Positions 1-11,220 of a stretch of DNA of 64,000 bases are shown here, in pieces. The notes under the pieces were generated by a model. That model saw only the letters and a program-made list of their open reading frames with translations, ran no database searches and was not told the origin of the DNA. How positions within the stretch are numbered: position 1 is the stretch's first letter; each line of letters begins with the position of its first letter. The position numbers and the translations under genes are program-made. The DNA is from an uncultured Aquiluna sp. (GTDB lineage: Bacteria; Actinomycetota; Actinomycetes; Actinomycetales; Microbacteriaceae): positions 19,765-83,764 of the forward strand of contig CAZQZY010000001.1 of NCBI GenBank assembly GCA_964597935.1. Direction: 5' to 3'.

Positions 1-498
1 GCACGAGGTGGTGCAGGCGGCACAGAGAATGCACTTGGTGGTGTCGTCATAGCGTGCGCGGTCCTCAGGCGACTGTAGGCGCTCTTTCTGTGGCTTGTCC
101 GATGCAATCAAGAATGGGTTTACATCTTTATATGCCTGGTAGAAGGGGTTCATGTCGACAATCAGGTCCTTCTCAACCGGAAGGCCCTTGATCGGCTCGA
201 TGTAGATCGGCTGTGTGATGTCTAGGTCTTTGATCAGGGTCTTGCAGGCAAGGCGGTTACGACCATTGATGCGCATCGCATCTGAACCACAGACTCCGTG
301 TGCGCAGGAACGACGGAAGGTTAGCGAACCATCGATCTCCCACTTCACCTTGTGGAGGGCGTCAAGCACGCGGTCGGTGCCATACATCTCTACGTCGTAG
401 TCAACCCACTTTGGCTCTTGGTCGGTCTCTGGGTCAAAGCGACGAATGAAGAGAGTTACCTTGAAAGAGGTGACTTCTGCGATTGCTTGCTCTGCCAT
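1..498 (-). CDS. sdhB: succinate dehydrogenase iron-sulfur subunit (partial, runs off window start)
   Basis: Manual translation from ATG at 498 (TAATG overlap with the sdhA stop): [23 protein letters not shown]...FRRSCAHGVCGSDAMRING...KCILCAACTTSC, with Fe-S cluster motifs. Confidence 0.95.
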   Translation of the reverse strand, partial: MAEQAIAEVTSFKVTLFIRRFDPETDQEPKWVDYDVEMYGTDRVLDALHKVKWEIDGSLTFRRSCAHGVCGSDAMRINGRNRLACKTLIKDLDITQPIYIEPIKGLPVEKDLIVDMNPFYQAYKDVNPFLIASDKPQKERLQSPEDRARYDDTTKCILCAACTTSC

Positions 499-2261
499 TA
501 GTACTTACGCTCCATCGGCTGGTAGTTGGTGATTACGACAGGCTTCCAGTCAACCTTGATGTTGGTCTTGGTTGCCTTGTCGGCCTTCTCAGTCTTGTAG
601 GCCATGGAGTGAACCATGAACTTCTTGTCATCGCGATCTGGGTAGTCCTCACGAAGGTGAGCACCACGGCTCTCGCGGCGCTCGCGACAGGTGATAACGG
701 TCACCTCAGCGAGATCGAGTAGGAAGCCAAGTTCAACTGCCTCGAGGAGGTCGGTGTTGAATCGCTTGCCCTGGTCCTGGATCGAGATCTTCTCGTAGCG
801 AGCGCGCAGCTCCTGAATCTTGTCGAAGGCTTCGTTGAGGGTTTCTTCGGTGCGGAACACCTGGGCATTCTTGTCCATGGTCTCCTGCAGTTCCTTGCGA
901 AGCTGGGCGACCTTCTCGTTGCCCTTGGATTTGCGCACCTTCTCAAGCATGTCGATAACACCCTGAGCGGCATCCTTAGGAACCGGAACCTGCTTGGCGG
1001 TCTTGGCGTACTCAACGGCATAACGACCGGCACGCTTACCAAATACGTTGATATCCAGTAGCGAGTTGGTGCCGAGGCGGTTTGCGCCGTGAACTGATAC
1101 ACATGCACATTCACCAGCGGCATACAGGCCTGGGACAACGGTGTTGTTGTCAGAGAGCACTTCTGCCTTGATGTTGGTTGGAATTCCACCCATGGCGTAG
1201 TGCGCGGTTGGGAACACCGGCACTGGCTCGGTGTAAGGCTCAACACCAAGGTAGGTTCTTGCAAACTCAGTGATGTCAGGAAGCTTGGCATCGATAACCG
1301 CAGGCTCGAGGTGGGTCAGGTCAAGAAGCACGTAGTCCTTGTTTGGACCGGCACCTCTACCCTCACGAACCTCGTTGGCCATGGCGCGAGCGACCATGTC
1401 ACGCGGCGCTAGGTCCTTGATTGTTGGCGCGTAGCGCTCCATGAAGCGCTCACCCGATGCGTTACGAAGAATTCCACCTTCACCACGGGCAGCCTCAGAG
1501 AGCAGGATGCCCAGTCCGGCAAGGCCGGTTGGGTGGAACTGATAAAACTCCATGTCCTCAAGTGGCAGACCCTTGCGGAAGATGATGCCGACGCCGTCAC
1601 CGGTCAGGGTGTGAGCGTTTGAGGTGGTCTTGTAAATCTTTCCGAAGCCACCGGTTGCAAAAACAATGGATTTACCAGCGAACACGTGAATGTCTCCGGT
1701 TGCCAATTCGTAGGCGACCACTGCGGCTGGCTTGTCACCATTCATGACCAGGTCAAGAACGTAGAACTCGTTGTAGAACTCGATGCCTAACTTGACGCAG
1801 TTTTGATACAGGGTCTGCAGAATCATGTGGCCGGTGCGGTCCGCTGCGTAGCAGCTTCTACGAACCGGAGCTTTGCCGTGATCGCGAGTGTGGCCACCGA
1901 AGCGACGCTGGTCGATCTTGCCATCCGGAGTTCTGTTGAAAGGTAGACCCATGTTCTCAAGGTCGATAACTGCCTCGACCGACTCCTTGGCCAAGATCTC
2001 GGCAGCATCCTGGTCAACCAGGTAGTCGCCACCCTTGACGGTGTCGAAGGTGTGCCACTCCCAGCTGTCCTCTTCAACGTTTGCAAGTGCTGCGGCCATA
2101 CCACCCTGCGCAGCACCGGTGTGGCTGCGGGTTGGGAAGAGCTTGGACACAACTGCAACATTGGCGTGCGGGCCAGCCTCGATAGCGGCGCGCATGCCCG
2201 CACCACCGGCTCCAACAATTACAACGTCATGCTCGTGATGGATCACGTTTTGGTTTGACAA
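498..2261 (-). CDS. sdhA: succinate dehydrogenase flavoprotein subunit
   Basis: GAGGAG FAD motif, [10 protein letters not shown] covalent-FAD His, QFHPTG, HYAMGG, HGANRLG. Confidence 0.97.
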   Translation of the reverse strand: MSNQNVIHHEHDVVIVGAGGAGMRAAIEAGPHANVAVVSKLFPTRSHTGAAQGGMAAALANVEEDSWEWHTFDTVKGGDYLVDQDAAEILAKESVEAVIDLENMGLPFNRTPDGKIDQRRFGGHTRDHGKAPVRRSCYAADRTGHMILQTLYQNCVKLGIEFYNEFYVLDLVMNGDKPAAVVAYELATGDIHVFAGKSIVFATGGFGKIYKTTSNAHTLTGDGVGIIFRKGLPLEDMEFYQFHPTGLAGLGILLSEAARGEGGILRNASGERFMERYAPTIKDLAPRDMVARAMANEVREGRGAGPNKDYVLLDLTHLEPAVIDAKLPDITEFARTYLGVEPYTEPVPVFPTAHYAMGGIPTNIKAEVLSDNNTVVPGLYAAGECACVSVHGANRLGTNSLLDINVFGKRAGRYAVEYAKTAKQVPVPKDAAQGVIDMLEKVRKSKGNEKVAQLRKELQETMDKNAQVFRTEETLNEAFDKIQELRARYEKISIQDQGKRFNTDLLEAVELGFLLDLAEVTVITCRERRESRGAHLREDYPDRDDKKFMVHSMAYKTEKADKATKTNIKVDWKPVVITNYQPMERKY

Positions 2262-2272
2262 TTTGTTCCTAA

Positions 2273-2716
2273 CTAGTTGCTAGCTGGGCAGAAAGACGGA
2301 AGCAGTTCAGCGGCAGCGCCGGCTGGGCAAGGGTCAAAGGTGAAGATAACCAAGGTGCCCAGAATGATGAGCAAACCACACACCGCCCAAAGGGTTGTGT
2401 TCAGGGCCTGACGGACCTTCACCTTCTCGGTGTAGTCGTTCACGATTGTGCGCATGCCGTTGGTGCCGTGAATCATTGCGAGCCACAGCATCGCGAGATC
2501 CCAGTACTGCCAGAACGGGTCAGCCCACTTGCCCGCTACGAATGCGAAGTCGATGGCCTTGATGCCATCGCCCACGACGAGGTTTACCACCAGGTGGGTA
2601 AAGATCAAAACAACCAGCAGCGGTCCGGAGACGCGCATGAACAGCCAGCCGTACTTCTCCCAGTTGGCACCCTTACGAGTGCGAGGAGTGTTAGGGGTCT
2701 CGATTACAACGCTCAT
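2273..2716 (-). CDS. sdhD: succinate dehydrogenase hydrophobic membrane anchor
   Basis: [21 protein letters not shown]; start moved to ATG 2716, which overlaps the sdhC stop. Confidence 0.9.
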   Translation of the reverse strand: MSVVIETPNTPRTRKGANWEKYGWLFMRVSGPLLVVLIFTHLVVNLVVGDGIKAIDFAFVAGKWADPFWQYWDLAMLWLAMIHGTNGMRTIVNDYTEKVKVRQALNTTLWAVCGLLIILGTLVIFTFDPCPAGAAAELLPSFCPASN

Positions 2717-3108
2717 TAGTGCGCTCCAAAGACTCGTGCTAGGTGAACCGGAGCGAATGCCGCTACCGAAACCACGGTGATGATCATCACTGCCCAGAAC
2801 ATTACGTTCTGGTACTTGGTTCCCTTGGACCAAAAGTCGACAGCGATGATGCGCAGACCATTAAGACCATGGAACATGATTGCTGCCACTAGGCCCAGCT
2901 CGGCGGTACCGACAATCGGGGTCTTGTATGACTCGATAACCACGTTATAAGCCTCTGGGGAGACGCGAACCAAAGCAGTGTCAAGCACGTGAATAAGAAG
3001 GAAGAAGAAGATTGCAACACCGGTGATGCGGTGAAGCACCCAGGACCACATACCGACTTTGCCTCGGTAGAGGGTCCCCGCTGGCCGAACTGCCACGCTA
3101 GCCTCCAT
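2716..3108 (-). CDS. sdhC: succinate dehydrogenase cytochrome b556 subunit
   Basis: WVLHRITGV, FHGLNGLR; true start may be GTG 3096, which follows GGAGG. Confidence 0.92.
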   Translation of the reverse strand: MEASVAVRPAGTLYRGKVGMWSWVLHRITGVAIFFFLLIHVLDTALVRVSPEAYNVVIESYKTPIVGTAELGLVAAIMFHGLNGLRIIAVDFWSKGTKYQNVMFWAVMIITVVSVAAFAPVHLARVFGAH

Positions 3109-3191
3109 GGATAGTAAGGGATTAGTAAGAAGTCTAACCGCTTCAGGGTGGCTATCTTCCCCTGAACCACCGATTGCTTTAGGGTGATTCG

Positions 3192-4295
3192 GTGAGCAAT
3201 CAATCTCCTAGTGAGCGTTTTTATGCCGTGATTCCAGCCGGTGGTGTGGGATCCAGGCTCTGGCCGCTCTCGCGAGCCAGCGCACCTAAGTTCCTCCACG
3301 ATCTGACCGGCAGTGGGCAGACTTTGCTGCAGGACACCTGGGATCGACTCACCCCCATCTCCAACTCTCGAATCATGGTTGTTACCGGAGATGTTCACGC
3401 CCATGCGGTTGCAGACCAGTTGCCGGCGCTTGAGCAAAAAGACCTAATTCTCGAACCGAGCCCTAAAGACTCCACCGCCGCGATTGCCCTGGCTGCCGCT
3501 GTGCTGATGAAGCGTGAGCCAGATGTGATTATTGGCTCCTTTGCCGCAGACCACGTGATCACTGATACTCCAAAGTTTCATGCCGCGGTGGCTGAGGCTA
3601 TCGAGGTTGCATCAACCGGAAAGATCGTGACGATTGGCCTGCAGCCAACCGAAGCCTCAGTCGCATTTGGTTACATCCACAAGGGAGACCGATTAGATTC
3701 CGAGTCCGCTTTCTCGGTTAGCGAGTTTGTCGAGAAGCCGAACATCAAGCTGGCCCGCAAGTATGTCGAGTCGGGGGAGTATCTGTGGAATGCGGGCATG
3801 TTTATCGCTCCGGCGAAACTACTTCTAGAAGTTCTATCTCAAACTCAGCCATCCCTTTATCAAGGCGTGATGACATTGGCGGAAAGCTGGGATCAGCCAA
3901 ACCGCCAGGCAGTGCTCAGTCAGATTTGGCCAAGGCTCACCCAGATTGCTATTGACTACGCGATTGCCGAGCCGGCCGCAGCCCAGGGGTTGGTGGCCGT
4001 GGTTCCAGGTGTCTTCGAGTGGCACGATGTTGGAGACTTCGCTGCAATAGCCGAACTTCAGTCCCAGGGAAGAAAAGGCAACCTTGCTGTCCTGGGTCAT
4101 GGCAAAGTTTTGGCCGACTCCTCATCCGGCATCTTGGTTAGTGACACCAATCGTCTCGTTGCCCTTATCGGACTAGAAGACGTGATTGTGGTTGACACCC
4201 CAGATGCGCTTCTGGTGACGACCAAGGAGCATGCTCAGAAAGTCAAGTCACTGGTGGATGTGCTGAAGCAATCGGGGCACTCAGAGCTTTTGTAA
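3192..4295 (+). CDS. manC: mannose-1-phosphate guanylyltransferase
   Basis: PAGGVGSRLWPLSR..PKF, FVEKP, WNAGMF, WHDVG; TAGGGT -10 six nt before GTG (leaderless). Confidence 0.92.
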   Translation: MSNQSPSERFYAVIPAGGVGSRLWPLSRASAPKFLHDLTGSGQTLLQDTWDRLTPISNSRIMVVTGDVHAHAVADQLPALEQKDLILEPSPKDSTAAIALAAAVLMKREPDVIIGSFAADHVITDTPKFHAAVAEAIEVASTGKIVTIGLQPTEASVAFGYIHKGDRLDSESAFSVSEFVEKPNIKLARKYVESGEYLWNAGMFIAPAKLLLEVLSQTQPSLYQGVMTLAESWDQPNRQAVLSQIWPRLTQIAIDYAIAEPAAAQGLVAVVPGVFEWHDVGDFAAIAELQSQGRKGNLAVLGHGKVLADSSSGILVSDTNRLVALIGLEDVIVVDTPDALLVTTKEHAQKVKSLVDVLKQSGHSELL

Positions 4296-4325
4296 CGAAA
4301 TCGCTAAGGTTCTGTTTCACACGGC

Positions 4326-4362
4326 TTTAGCGCTCAAAACTGTCCTCGCGAACGGCTAGGCT
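4326..4362 (+). promoter_or_regulatory. promoter of the nucleoside-binding protein gene with a LacI-like palindrome
   Basis: TTTAGCGCTCAA (4326-4337, near-palindrome with AGCGCT core), TAGGCT -10 at 4357-4362, AGGAGG SD at 4399-4404. Confidence 0.4.
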
Positions 4363-4409
4363 TAGGTCAAATCGGCGCATCCGCGCCATCCATATTTCAG
4401 GAGGAAACC

Positions 4410-5495
4410 TTGAAGCTAAAGAATGCATCTGCCGCATTCGCCCTGCTGGGCGCATCGGCACTAGTGCTTACTGGTTGCGCTGCCGCACCAGAGGCCGAGC
4501 CGACCGCCAGCGAGACTGAGACCAGCGCTGCTCCAACCTTGGACTACCTAGCTTGTGCAGTATCCGACGAGGGTAGCTGGAACGACAAGTCCTTCAACGA
4601 GTCCGTTTACGACGGTCTAGTGAAGGCTCAGACTGAGCTTGGCGTTCAGATCGCTGACGCTGAGTCCAACACCCCAGAGGACTTCGCACCAAACCTACAG
4701 GCCATGGTTGACCAGGGCTGTGACGTTACCTTCGCAGTTGGTTTCGCACTTGTTGCTGACGTAAACGCAGCTGCAGCAGCTAACCCAGAGGTTCAGTTCG
4801 TAACCATCGACGGTTGGAGCGAGGGCAACGCAAACCTAAAGCCAGTTACCTACGCCATGAACCAGTCCAGCTACCTAGCTGGTTACCTAGCAGCTGCCTA
4901 CTCAACCACCAAGGTTGTAGGTACCTACGGTGGAGTTAACATCCCAGCAGTGACCGACTTCATGTCCGGTTTCTACTACGGAGCAATGGCTTACGGTAAG
5001 GAGACTGGCACCGCAGTTAAGGTTGTCGGTTGGGACCCAGCCACCCCAGACAAGGGTGACTTCATGGGCGACTTCGCTCCTAACTCAGGTACCTCAAAGG
5101 CAATCGCAGCTGCTCAGCTAGTTGCTGGCGCTGACGTTATCTTCCCAGTAGCTGGATTCCAGTTCGGTGCAGTTTCTGAGGCAATCAAGGAGGCTGGCGT
5201 AAACGCAGTCATGATCGGTGTTGACAAGGACATCGCTCTAACCTCTCCTGAGTACGCACCATTGGTTCTAACTTCTGCTGAGAAGCGCATGACCAACGCT
5301 GTTTACGACATCCTTGCTGAGCTTTCCGCTGGCGGTGCCTTCACTGGCGACCCATACGTTGGAACCTTGGCAAACGGTGGAACCGGTCTTAGCCCGCTAT
5401 ACGAGTTCGAGTCCAAGGTCTCTGACGAGGTCAAGGCTCGCCTTGCAGAGCTAGAGGCCGGCATCATCTCTGGTGAGATCGACCCACTGAAGTAA
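4410..5495 (+). CDS. BMP-family nucleoside ABC transporter substrate-binding lipoprotein
   Basis: Lipobox LTGC, DKSFNES, SYLAGYLAA, IGVDKD; adjacent to an ABC ATPase, permeases and nucleoside catabolism genes. Confidence 0.9.
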   Translation: MKLKNASAAFALLGASALVLTGCAAAPEAEPTASETETSAAPTLDYLACAVSDEGSWNDKSFNESVYDGLVKAQTELGVQIADAESNTPEDFAPNLQAMVDQGCDVTFAVGFALVADVNAAAAANPEVQFVTIDGWSEGNANLKPVTYAMNQSSYLAGYLAAAYSTTKVVGTYGGVNIPAVTDFMSGFYYGAMAYGKETGTAVKVVGWDPATPDKGDFMGDFAPNSGTSKAIAAAQLVAGADVIFPVAGFQFGAVSEAIKEAGVNAVMIGVDKDIALTSPEYAPLVLTSAEKRMTNAVYDILAELSAGGAFTGDPYVGTLANGGTGLSPLYEFESKVSDEVKARLAELEAGIISGEIDPLK

Positions 5496-5510
5496 TTCAG
5501 TCAAAAGTAG

Positions 5511-5545
5511 AAGGGCCGCGGGGGAACTCGCGGCCCTTTTTCTTT
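5511..5545 (+). terminator. intrinsic terminator after the BMP lipoprotein gene
   Basis: GGGCCGCGGG-GGAA-CTCGCGGCCC hairpin followed by TTTTTCTTT. Confidence 0.85.
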
Positions 5546-5579
5546 GGCAGAATAGAGTGTCTGCACGAAGGAGTGCCAA

Positions 5580-7082
5580 GTGAAATTAGAGCTGCGCGGG
5601 ATCACCAAGCGCTTTGGAACTTTGGTGGCAAACAATCAGATCAGCCTTACCGTTGAGCCGGGTGAAATCCATGCCTTGCTTGGCGAAAACGGTGCTGGTA
5701 AGTCCACCCTGATGAACGTTCTCTATGGCCTTTACCAGGCCGATGAGGGTGAGATTGTTCTCGACGGCCAAGCCCAGAAGTTCCGCGGACCCGGCGATGC
5801 AATGGCCGCCGGAATCGGAATGGTTCACCAGCACTTCATGCTCATTCCAGTTTTCACCGTGGCCGAGAACGTAGCCTTGGGACACGAGCCAACGAAGTTC
5901 GGTGGCAAGCTTGACATGGAAGCTGCCAGAAAGCGCGTTATCGAAATCTCCGACCGCTTCGGTTTCAATGTTGACCCGGATGCCCTGGTTGAAGATCTGC
6001 CGGTTGGCGTTCAGCAGCGCGTAGAGATCATCAAAGCGCTATCCAGAGACGCAAAAGTTTTGGTTCTAGATGAACCGACCGCGGTTTTGACCCCGCAGGA
6101 GACCGACGAGCTTATGGCCATCATGCGTCAGCTGGCGCAGAGCGGAACTTCGATTGTTTTCATCACTCACAAGCTGCGTGAGGTCAAAGAGGTTGCAAAC
6201 CGCATCACCGTGATACGACTTGGTCAGGTGGTGGGATCGGCATCGCCTGAGGCATCAACATCTGAACTCGCCTCGATGATGGTTGGTCGCGAAGTTGACC
6301 TGGTGGTGGACAAAGAGAAGGCTGCTTTGGGTAACGAGGTGCTGAGTGTTGAAAACCTCGCGGTACTCGATGACCGACTGCAGCGCGCTGTGAACGGCAT
6401 CAGCTTCTCGGTTCGAGGTGGCGAGGTGCTTGCCATCGCTGGAGTTCAAGGCAATGGGCAGACTGAGCTGGCGGAAGCTCTTCTAGGACTGAGGTCGCCA
6501 ATCAAGGGCGGTTCAATCAAGATCTCCGGTAAGGAGCTAGCCGGAGCCAGTGTTCGAACCGTGCTTGAATCCGGAGTTGGCTACATCCCCGAGGACCGCA
6601 AGAAGGACGGTCTGGTTGGTGAATTCACCATCTCGGAGAACCTGATGCTGAATCAGTCGTTCCGTTCCAGATTCACCAAGGGGCTAAACATCAATTTCCC
6701 AACTCGCAAGAGTGTTGCAGTTGATTTGGTGGAGCGCTTTGACGTGAGAACCCCATCGATTGACACCCCAGCCGGAAAGTTGTCTGGCGGTAACCAGCAA
6801 AAGGTTGTTGTGGCGAGAGAGCTTTCTAGAGATGTGAATCTCTTGATCGCCTCGCAGCCGACTCGAGGCGTAGATGTTGGTTCCATCGAATTCATTCATG
6901 AACAAATCGTTGCGGAGCGCGATGCCGGCAAGGCTGTGGTTTTGATTTCTACCGAGCTTGATGAAGTGTTGGCCCTCGCGGATCGAATCGCCGTGATGTA
7001 TCGAGGCCAAATTGTCGGAATCGTTGGGCCTGAGACATCAAGAGAGACGCTAGGAAAGATGATGGCGGGAGTAAGCGCATGA
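5580..7082 (+). CDS. nucleoside/sugar ABC transporter ATP-binding protein (tandem NBD, NupA-like)
   Basis: [32 protein letters not shown]. Confidence 0.93.
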   Translation: MKLELRGITKRFGTLVANNQISLTVEPGEIHALLGENGAGKSTLMNVLYGLYQADEGEIVLDGQAQKFRGPGDAMAAGIGMVHQHFMLIPVFTVAENVALGHEPTKFGGKLDMEAARKRVIEISDRFGFNVDPDALVEDLPVGVQQRVEIIKALSRDAKVLVLDEPTAVLTPQETDELMAIMRQLAQSGTSIVFITHKLREVKEVANRITVIRLGQVVGSASPEASTSELASMMVGREVDLVVDKEKAALGNEVLSVENLAVLDDRLQRAVNGISFSVRGGEVLAIAGVQGNGQTELAEALLGLRSPIKGGSIKISGKELAGASVRTVLESGVGYIPEDRKKDGLVGEFTISENLMLNQSFRSRFTKGLNINFPTRKSVAVDLVERFDVRTPSIDTPAGKLSGGNQQKVVVARELSRDVNLLIASQPTRGVDVGSIEFIHEQIVAERDAGKAVVLISTELDEVLALADRIAVMYRGQIVGIVGPETSRETLGKMMAGVSA

Positions 7083-8302
7083 CGGAAAAAGAAGATCGCT
7101 TTTCGCAGGCGCTGAAAGAGATTCTCTCCGGCAGTTTCACTCGCACGCTGCTAGCGGTAGTGCTGGGATTCGTGGTCGGTGCCCTCTTCATGATCGGCTC
7201 CAACAAAGAGTTTCTAGCTTCGCTTGGCTACTTCCTCTCGCGTCCGGGTGATGCATTTGCAGCTGCCTGGAACGTCGTATCCACCGGCTACGGTGCGTTG
7301 ATCAAGGGTGCGATCTACAACGCCGACGCGGACACGTTTGAGAAGGCAATCCGTCCTTTGACTGAGACGCTTCGACTCGGTGCACCTTTGGTTGCCGCAG
7401 GCCTCGGCATCGCTTTGGCTTTCCGAGTGGGGCTATTCAACATCGGTGGTACCGGTCAGCTAATTTTCGGAATGATCTTCTCGACCTGGATTGCAACCCG
7501 AGTTGAGTTGCCCTTCCTGATTCACATGGTCGTCGCGATGATTGCTGGAATCCTCGGTGCATCTCTCTTAGGTGCTCTGGTCGGATACCTAAAGGCAAGA
7601 TCTGGCGCTCACGAAGTGATCCTCACCATCATGCTCAATTACATTGCGCTCTCGTTCTTTACCTTCCTGATGCGAGACCCAGCGATTTTGCAGGCGGAGG
7701 ACTCGGCGGGTAACCCCAAGGCTGCGCCTCCAGCGGAAACAGCAATGCTGCCCAAGCTGTTTGGAGATCAGTACGCGCTGCACTGGGGTCTGGTAATCGC
7801 ATTGGTTTCAGTCGTTGTTTATTGGTGGCTAATGGAGCGGTCAACTGTTGGCTTCAGACTGCGGATGGTCGGTTTCAACCCAGACGCTGCTAAGACGGCG
7901 GGAATCAATGTCAATCGCACCTACGTAGTTGCCATGGCACTTTCGGCAGCGTTCGTGGGTGTTGCCGCGGGCAATCAGGCCTTGGGTGTAAACATCGGTG
8001 TTACTCCATCCACGCATGCCAACATCGGTTTCGACGCCATCACCGTGGCACTGCTCGGCGGATCCTCAGCACCGGGTGTGCTATTGGCCGGTTTGCTGTT
8101 TGGTGCCTTCAAGGCCGGGGCTCCATCAATGCAGGTGATTGGAATATCTCCCGAGGTTTTGGGCATCGTTCAGGGTGCGATTGTTCTATTCATCGCAGCT
8201 CCACCTTTGATCAGGGCGCTATTTAGGCTGCCAAAGCCGCAGAATACGAATGCACTCGGTGCCCTAACTGCGAAGCTGTTCAAGAGAGGGGGTGCCAAGT
8301 GA
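7079..8302 (+). CDS. nucleoside ABC transporter permease
   Basis: GLFNIGG, HEVILTIMLNY, GFDAITVALLG; multiple TM segments. Confidence 0.9.
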   Translation: MTEKEDRFSQALKEILSGSFTRTLLAVVLGFVVGALFMIGSNKEFLASLGYFLSRPGDAFAAAWNVVSTGYGALIKGAIYNADADTFEKAIRPLTETLRLGAPLVAAGLGIALAFRVGLFNIGGTGQLIFGMIFSTWIATRVELPFLIHMVVAMIAGILGASLLGALVGYLKARSGAHEVILTIMLNYIALSFFTFLMRDPAILQAEDSAGNPKAAPPAETAMLPKLFGDQYALHWGLVIALVSVVVYWWLMERSTVGFRLRMVGFNPDAAKTAGINVNRTYVVAMALSAAFVGVAAGNQALGVNIGVTPSTHANIGFDAITVALLGGSSAPGVLLAGLLFGAFKAGAPSMQVIGISPEVLGIVQGAIVLFIAAPPLIRALFRLPKPQNTNALGALTAKLFKRGGAK

Positions 8303-9546
8303 ACCTCTCGAAGGAAGAGAAGGTGGGTTTCAAGACCCCGTTGGTGATGTCGGGTATGGCACTTTTGGTGCTCTACTTCTTCGGAATTTCGGGTAAGCCT
8401 GGCGAGGTGGCATTCGAGCTGTCTCGGCGCCAGGATGCGATTCAGCTTCCGAGCATCACGGTTGACTCGATGCAGCTGGGCACCTTCGCCGGATCGCTGA
8501 TGCTTTTGGTTGCCGGGGCCTCGGTCTACCTATCCCTGAAAAATCGCAAGACTCCAATCTGGACGTCCATTTTGTTCGGAGTCATCGGAGTCGTTTCGCT
8601 CCTCGGTTGGCTTGCTGCCGGAAATGCTGTTCCCGTTGCATTCATCGCTGGAACCGCTCTGGTTCTTGCGGTGCCAATCATTCTTGGGTCGATGGCCGGT
8701 GTGATGAGTGAGCGAGTGGGTATCACCAACATCGCAATCGAAGGTCAGCTCTTGACCGGTGCCTTTATGGCCGCGGTGGTCAGCACAATCACGAAGAACT
8801 ATGCGTTGGGTATTTTCGCTGCCATGTTCACCGCAGCGCTGATGTCAATGATCTTGGCGGTGTTCGCTATCAAGTACCTGGCTCAGCAAATCATCGTTGG
8901 TGTTGTACTGAACGTGTTGGTGATCGGAATCACAAACTTCCTCTACCAGCAGTGGCTCACTGAGGACAGCGAAAACGTCAACTTCCCCGGCACCCTGGAC
9001 ATCATCAAGATCCCTATTTTGAGCGATATTCCGGTCATTGGTCCGGTGCTGTTTGAGAACCGACTAACCGTCTACGCAGCGCTATTGATTGTTCCTCTAC
9101 TGTGGTTTGTCATGTTCAAGACCAAGCTCGGCTTGAGGGCAAGAGCGGTGGGCGAGCACCCGCTTGCTGCTGACACCGTTGGCGTGAACGTTGGTCGAAC
9201 CAGATTCTGGTGGGTCACCATCGGAGGCGCAATTGCAGGCTTCGGCGGTGCCGCGCTCACCATCGGTGGCGGTGGTGCCTTTGGTCGTGAAATGTCAGGT
9301 GGCCTTGGATTCATCGCACTTGCGGTAATGATCCTGGGTCGTTGGCACCCAATCTATGCCGCTCTCGCTGCTTTGCTATTCGGCTTCTCAATCATCCTGC
9401 GTGTTTGGGCCAACCAGGTAAGCCCGGGTATTCCATCGGACTTCATCACCATGGTCCCTTACATCGTGACAATCATCGCGGTGGTCGGTTTCGTGGGCAG
9501 GTCTAGGCCGCCGAAGGCACTGGCTCAGCCTTACACCAAGGGGTAA
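8299..9546 (+). CDS. nucleoside ABC transporter permease
   Basis: SERVGITNIAIEG, RAVGEHPLAADTVG, GFIALA. Confidence 0.9.
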   Translation: MNLSKEEKVGFKTPLVMSGMALLVLYFFGISGKPGEVAFELSRRQDAIQLPSITVDSMQLGTFAGSLMLLVAGASVYLSLKNRKTPIWTSILFGVIGVVSLLGWLAAGNAVPVAFIAGTALVLAVPIILGSMAGVMSERVGITNIAIEGQLLTGAFMAAVVSTITKNYALGIFAAMFTAALMSMILAVFAIKYLAQQIIVGVVLNVLVIGITNFLYQQWLTEDSENVNFPGTLDIIKIPILSDIPVIGPVLFENRLTVYAALLIVPLLWFVMFKTKLGLRARAVGEHPLAADTVGVNVGRTRFWWVTIGGAIAGFGGAALTIGGGGAFGREMSGGLGFIALAVMILGRWHPIYAALAALLFGFSIILRVWANQVSPGIPSDFITMVPYIVTIIAVVGFVGRSRPPKALAQPYTKG

Positions 9547-9548
9547 TC

Positions 9549-9944
9549 ATGGAGATTGACTGGGATGTATTGAAAAAGGCAGCCATCAAGGCACTTGATG
9601 GCTCCTACTCCCCGTATTCCAAGTTCCCGGTTGGGGCCGCGGCACTGACCGATGATGGGCGGCTTATTACTGGTGCAAACATCGAGAACGCTTCCTACGG
9701 TCTAGGTCTTTGCGCCGAGTGCTCGCTGGTCAGCGAGCTGTTTAGAACCGGTGGCGGCAAGCTGGTTGCATTTGCCTGTGTCGATAAGCATGGAAACGAA
9801 CTGATGCCCTGCGGAAGGTGTCGCCAGTTGCTCTATGAGCACCACGCACCAGGCATGCTGTTGAACACCGTTTCGGGAATCAAGACCATCTACGAGGTCT
9901 TGCCAGATGCCTTCGGGCCAGAAGACCTAGTGGAGCGCAAGTGA
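9549..9944 (+). CDS. cdd: cytidine deaminase
   Basis: SPYSKFPVGAA, NIENASY, CAE, PCGRCRQ. Confidence 0.95.
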   Translation: MEIDWDVLKKAAIKALDGSYSPYSKFPVGAAALTDDGRLITGANIENASYGLGLCAECSLVSELFRTGGGKLVAFACVDKHGNELMPCGRCRQLLYEHHAPGMLLNTVSGIKTIYEVLPDAFGPEDLVERK

Positions 9945-11212
9945 GTTTTAGTGCCGTTGAACTGATCATCAAAAAGCGCGAACGCGGTGAGCTAACCACG
10001 GATGAGATCCGCTGGTTGGTAGCTGCCTACACCGCCGGTTCTGTTGCCGATGAGCAGATGAGTGCTATGGCGATGGCTATTTTGCTCAACGGCATGAACC
10101 GTCGTGAGATTCGTGATCTAACCCTCGCGATGATTGATTCCGGCGAGCGGCTGGAATTCCATGGTCTAAATGCACCCACGGCAGATAAGCATTCAACCGG
10201 TGGGGTTGGCGACAAGATCACTTTGCCGCTTGCACCGTTAGTTGCCTCTTACGGCGTGGCCGTGCCACAGCTAAGCGGTAGAGGCCTGGGTCACACCGGT
10301 GGCACCCTGGACAAATTGGAGGCCATCCCTGGCTGGCAGGCGCACCTTTCAAACACCGAGCTCTACTCACAGCTGGCCGAGGTTGGCGCGGTGATTTGTG
10401 CTGCGGGTTCGGGCCTGGCTCCAGCAGACAAAAAGCTCTACGCCCTCAGAGATGTCACGGGAACGGTAGAGGCCATCCCGCTAATTGCATCATCAATCAT
10501 GTCCAAGAAAATTGCTGAGGGAACTTCGGCGCTGGTCTTGGATGTAAAGGTGGGGTCTGGGGCATTCATGAAGACCTTGGATCGTGCCACCGAGCTTGCT
10601 CAAACTTTGGTTCAGCTTGGCCAAGATGCAGGAGTTAAGACATCGGCTCTGCTCACGGACATGTCAACACCACTTGGAAAAAAGATTGGCAATGCTCTCG
10701 AGGTTGAGGAATCGGTCGAGGTGTTGCAGGGTGGCGGTCCGGCGGATGTCGTGGACCTCACCGTTGAGCTAGCTGCCGAAATGCTTCGACTGGTTGGTAT
10801 CGATACTGACCCTCGCCAAAACCTGCAAAACGGTAAGGCCTATGACAAGTGGCGCCAGATGATCTCAGCTCAGGGTGGCAACCCCGATGCCCCGCTTCCA
10901 AAGGCCAAACACTCAACTCAGATCCTGGCACCGACCAGCGGTGTGATAACCAAGCTCGATGCGCTAGATGTTGGTGTAGCTTCCTGGCGCCTAGGGGCTG
11001 GACGCGAGCGCAAAGAAGATGCAGTCCAGTTTGGCGCGGGTATCGAATTACACGCACAGCTTGGCGATCGCATCGAGGCCGGGGCGCCGCTGATGACCCT
11101 GTTTACCGATACTGAGGACAAGTTCCCAAGAGCCATCGAACTTGCAGAGCAAAGCTTTGAAATCGGCGATCACCAGGTGAGCCGTAAGCTCATCCTGAAC
11201 AGAATCAGTTAG
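9941..11212 (+). CDS. deoA: thymidine/pyrimidine-nucleoside phosphorylase
   Basis: DKHSTGGVGDK, SGRGLGHTGGTLDKLE, SIMSKK. Confidence 0.95.
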   Translation: MSFSAVELIIKKRERGELTTDEIRWLVAAYTAGSVADEQMSAMAMAILLNGMNRREIRDLTLAMIDSGERLEFHGLNAPTADKHSTGGVGDKITLPLAPLVASYGVAVPQLSGRGLGHTGGTLDKLEAIPGWQAHLSNTELYSQLAEVGAVICAAGSGLAPADKKLYALRDVTGTVEAIPLIASSIMSKKIAEGTSALVLDVKVGSGAFMKTLDRATELAQTLVQLGQDAGVKTSALLTDMSTPLGKKIGNALEVEESVEVLQGGGPADVVDLTVELAAEMLRLVGIDTDPRQNLQNGKAYDKWRQMISAQGGNPDAPLPKAKHSTQILAPTSGVITKLDALDVGVASWRLGAGRERKEDAVQFGAGIELHAQLGDRIEAGAPLMTLFTDTEDKFPRAIELAEQSFEIGDHQVSRKLILNRIS

Positions 11213-11220
11213 GAATCACG

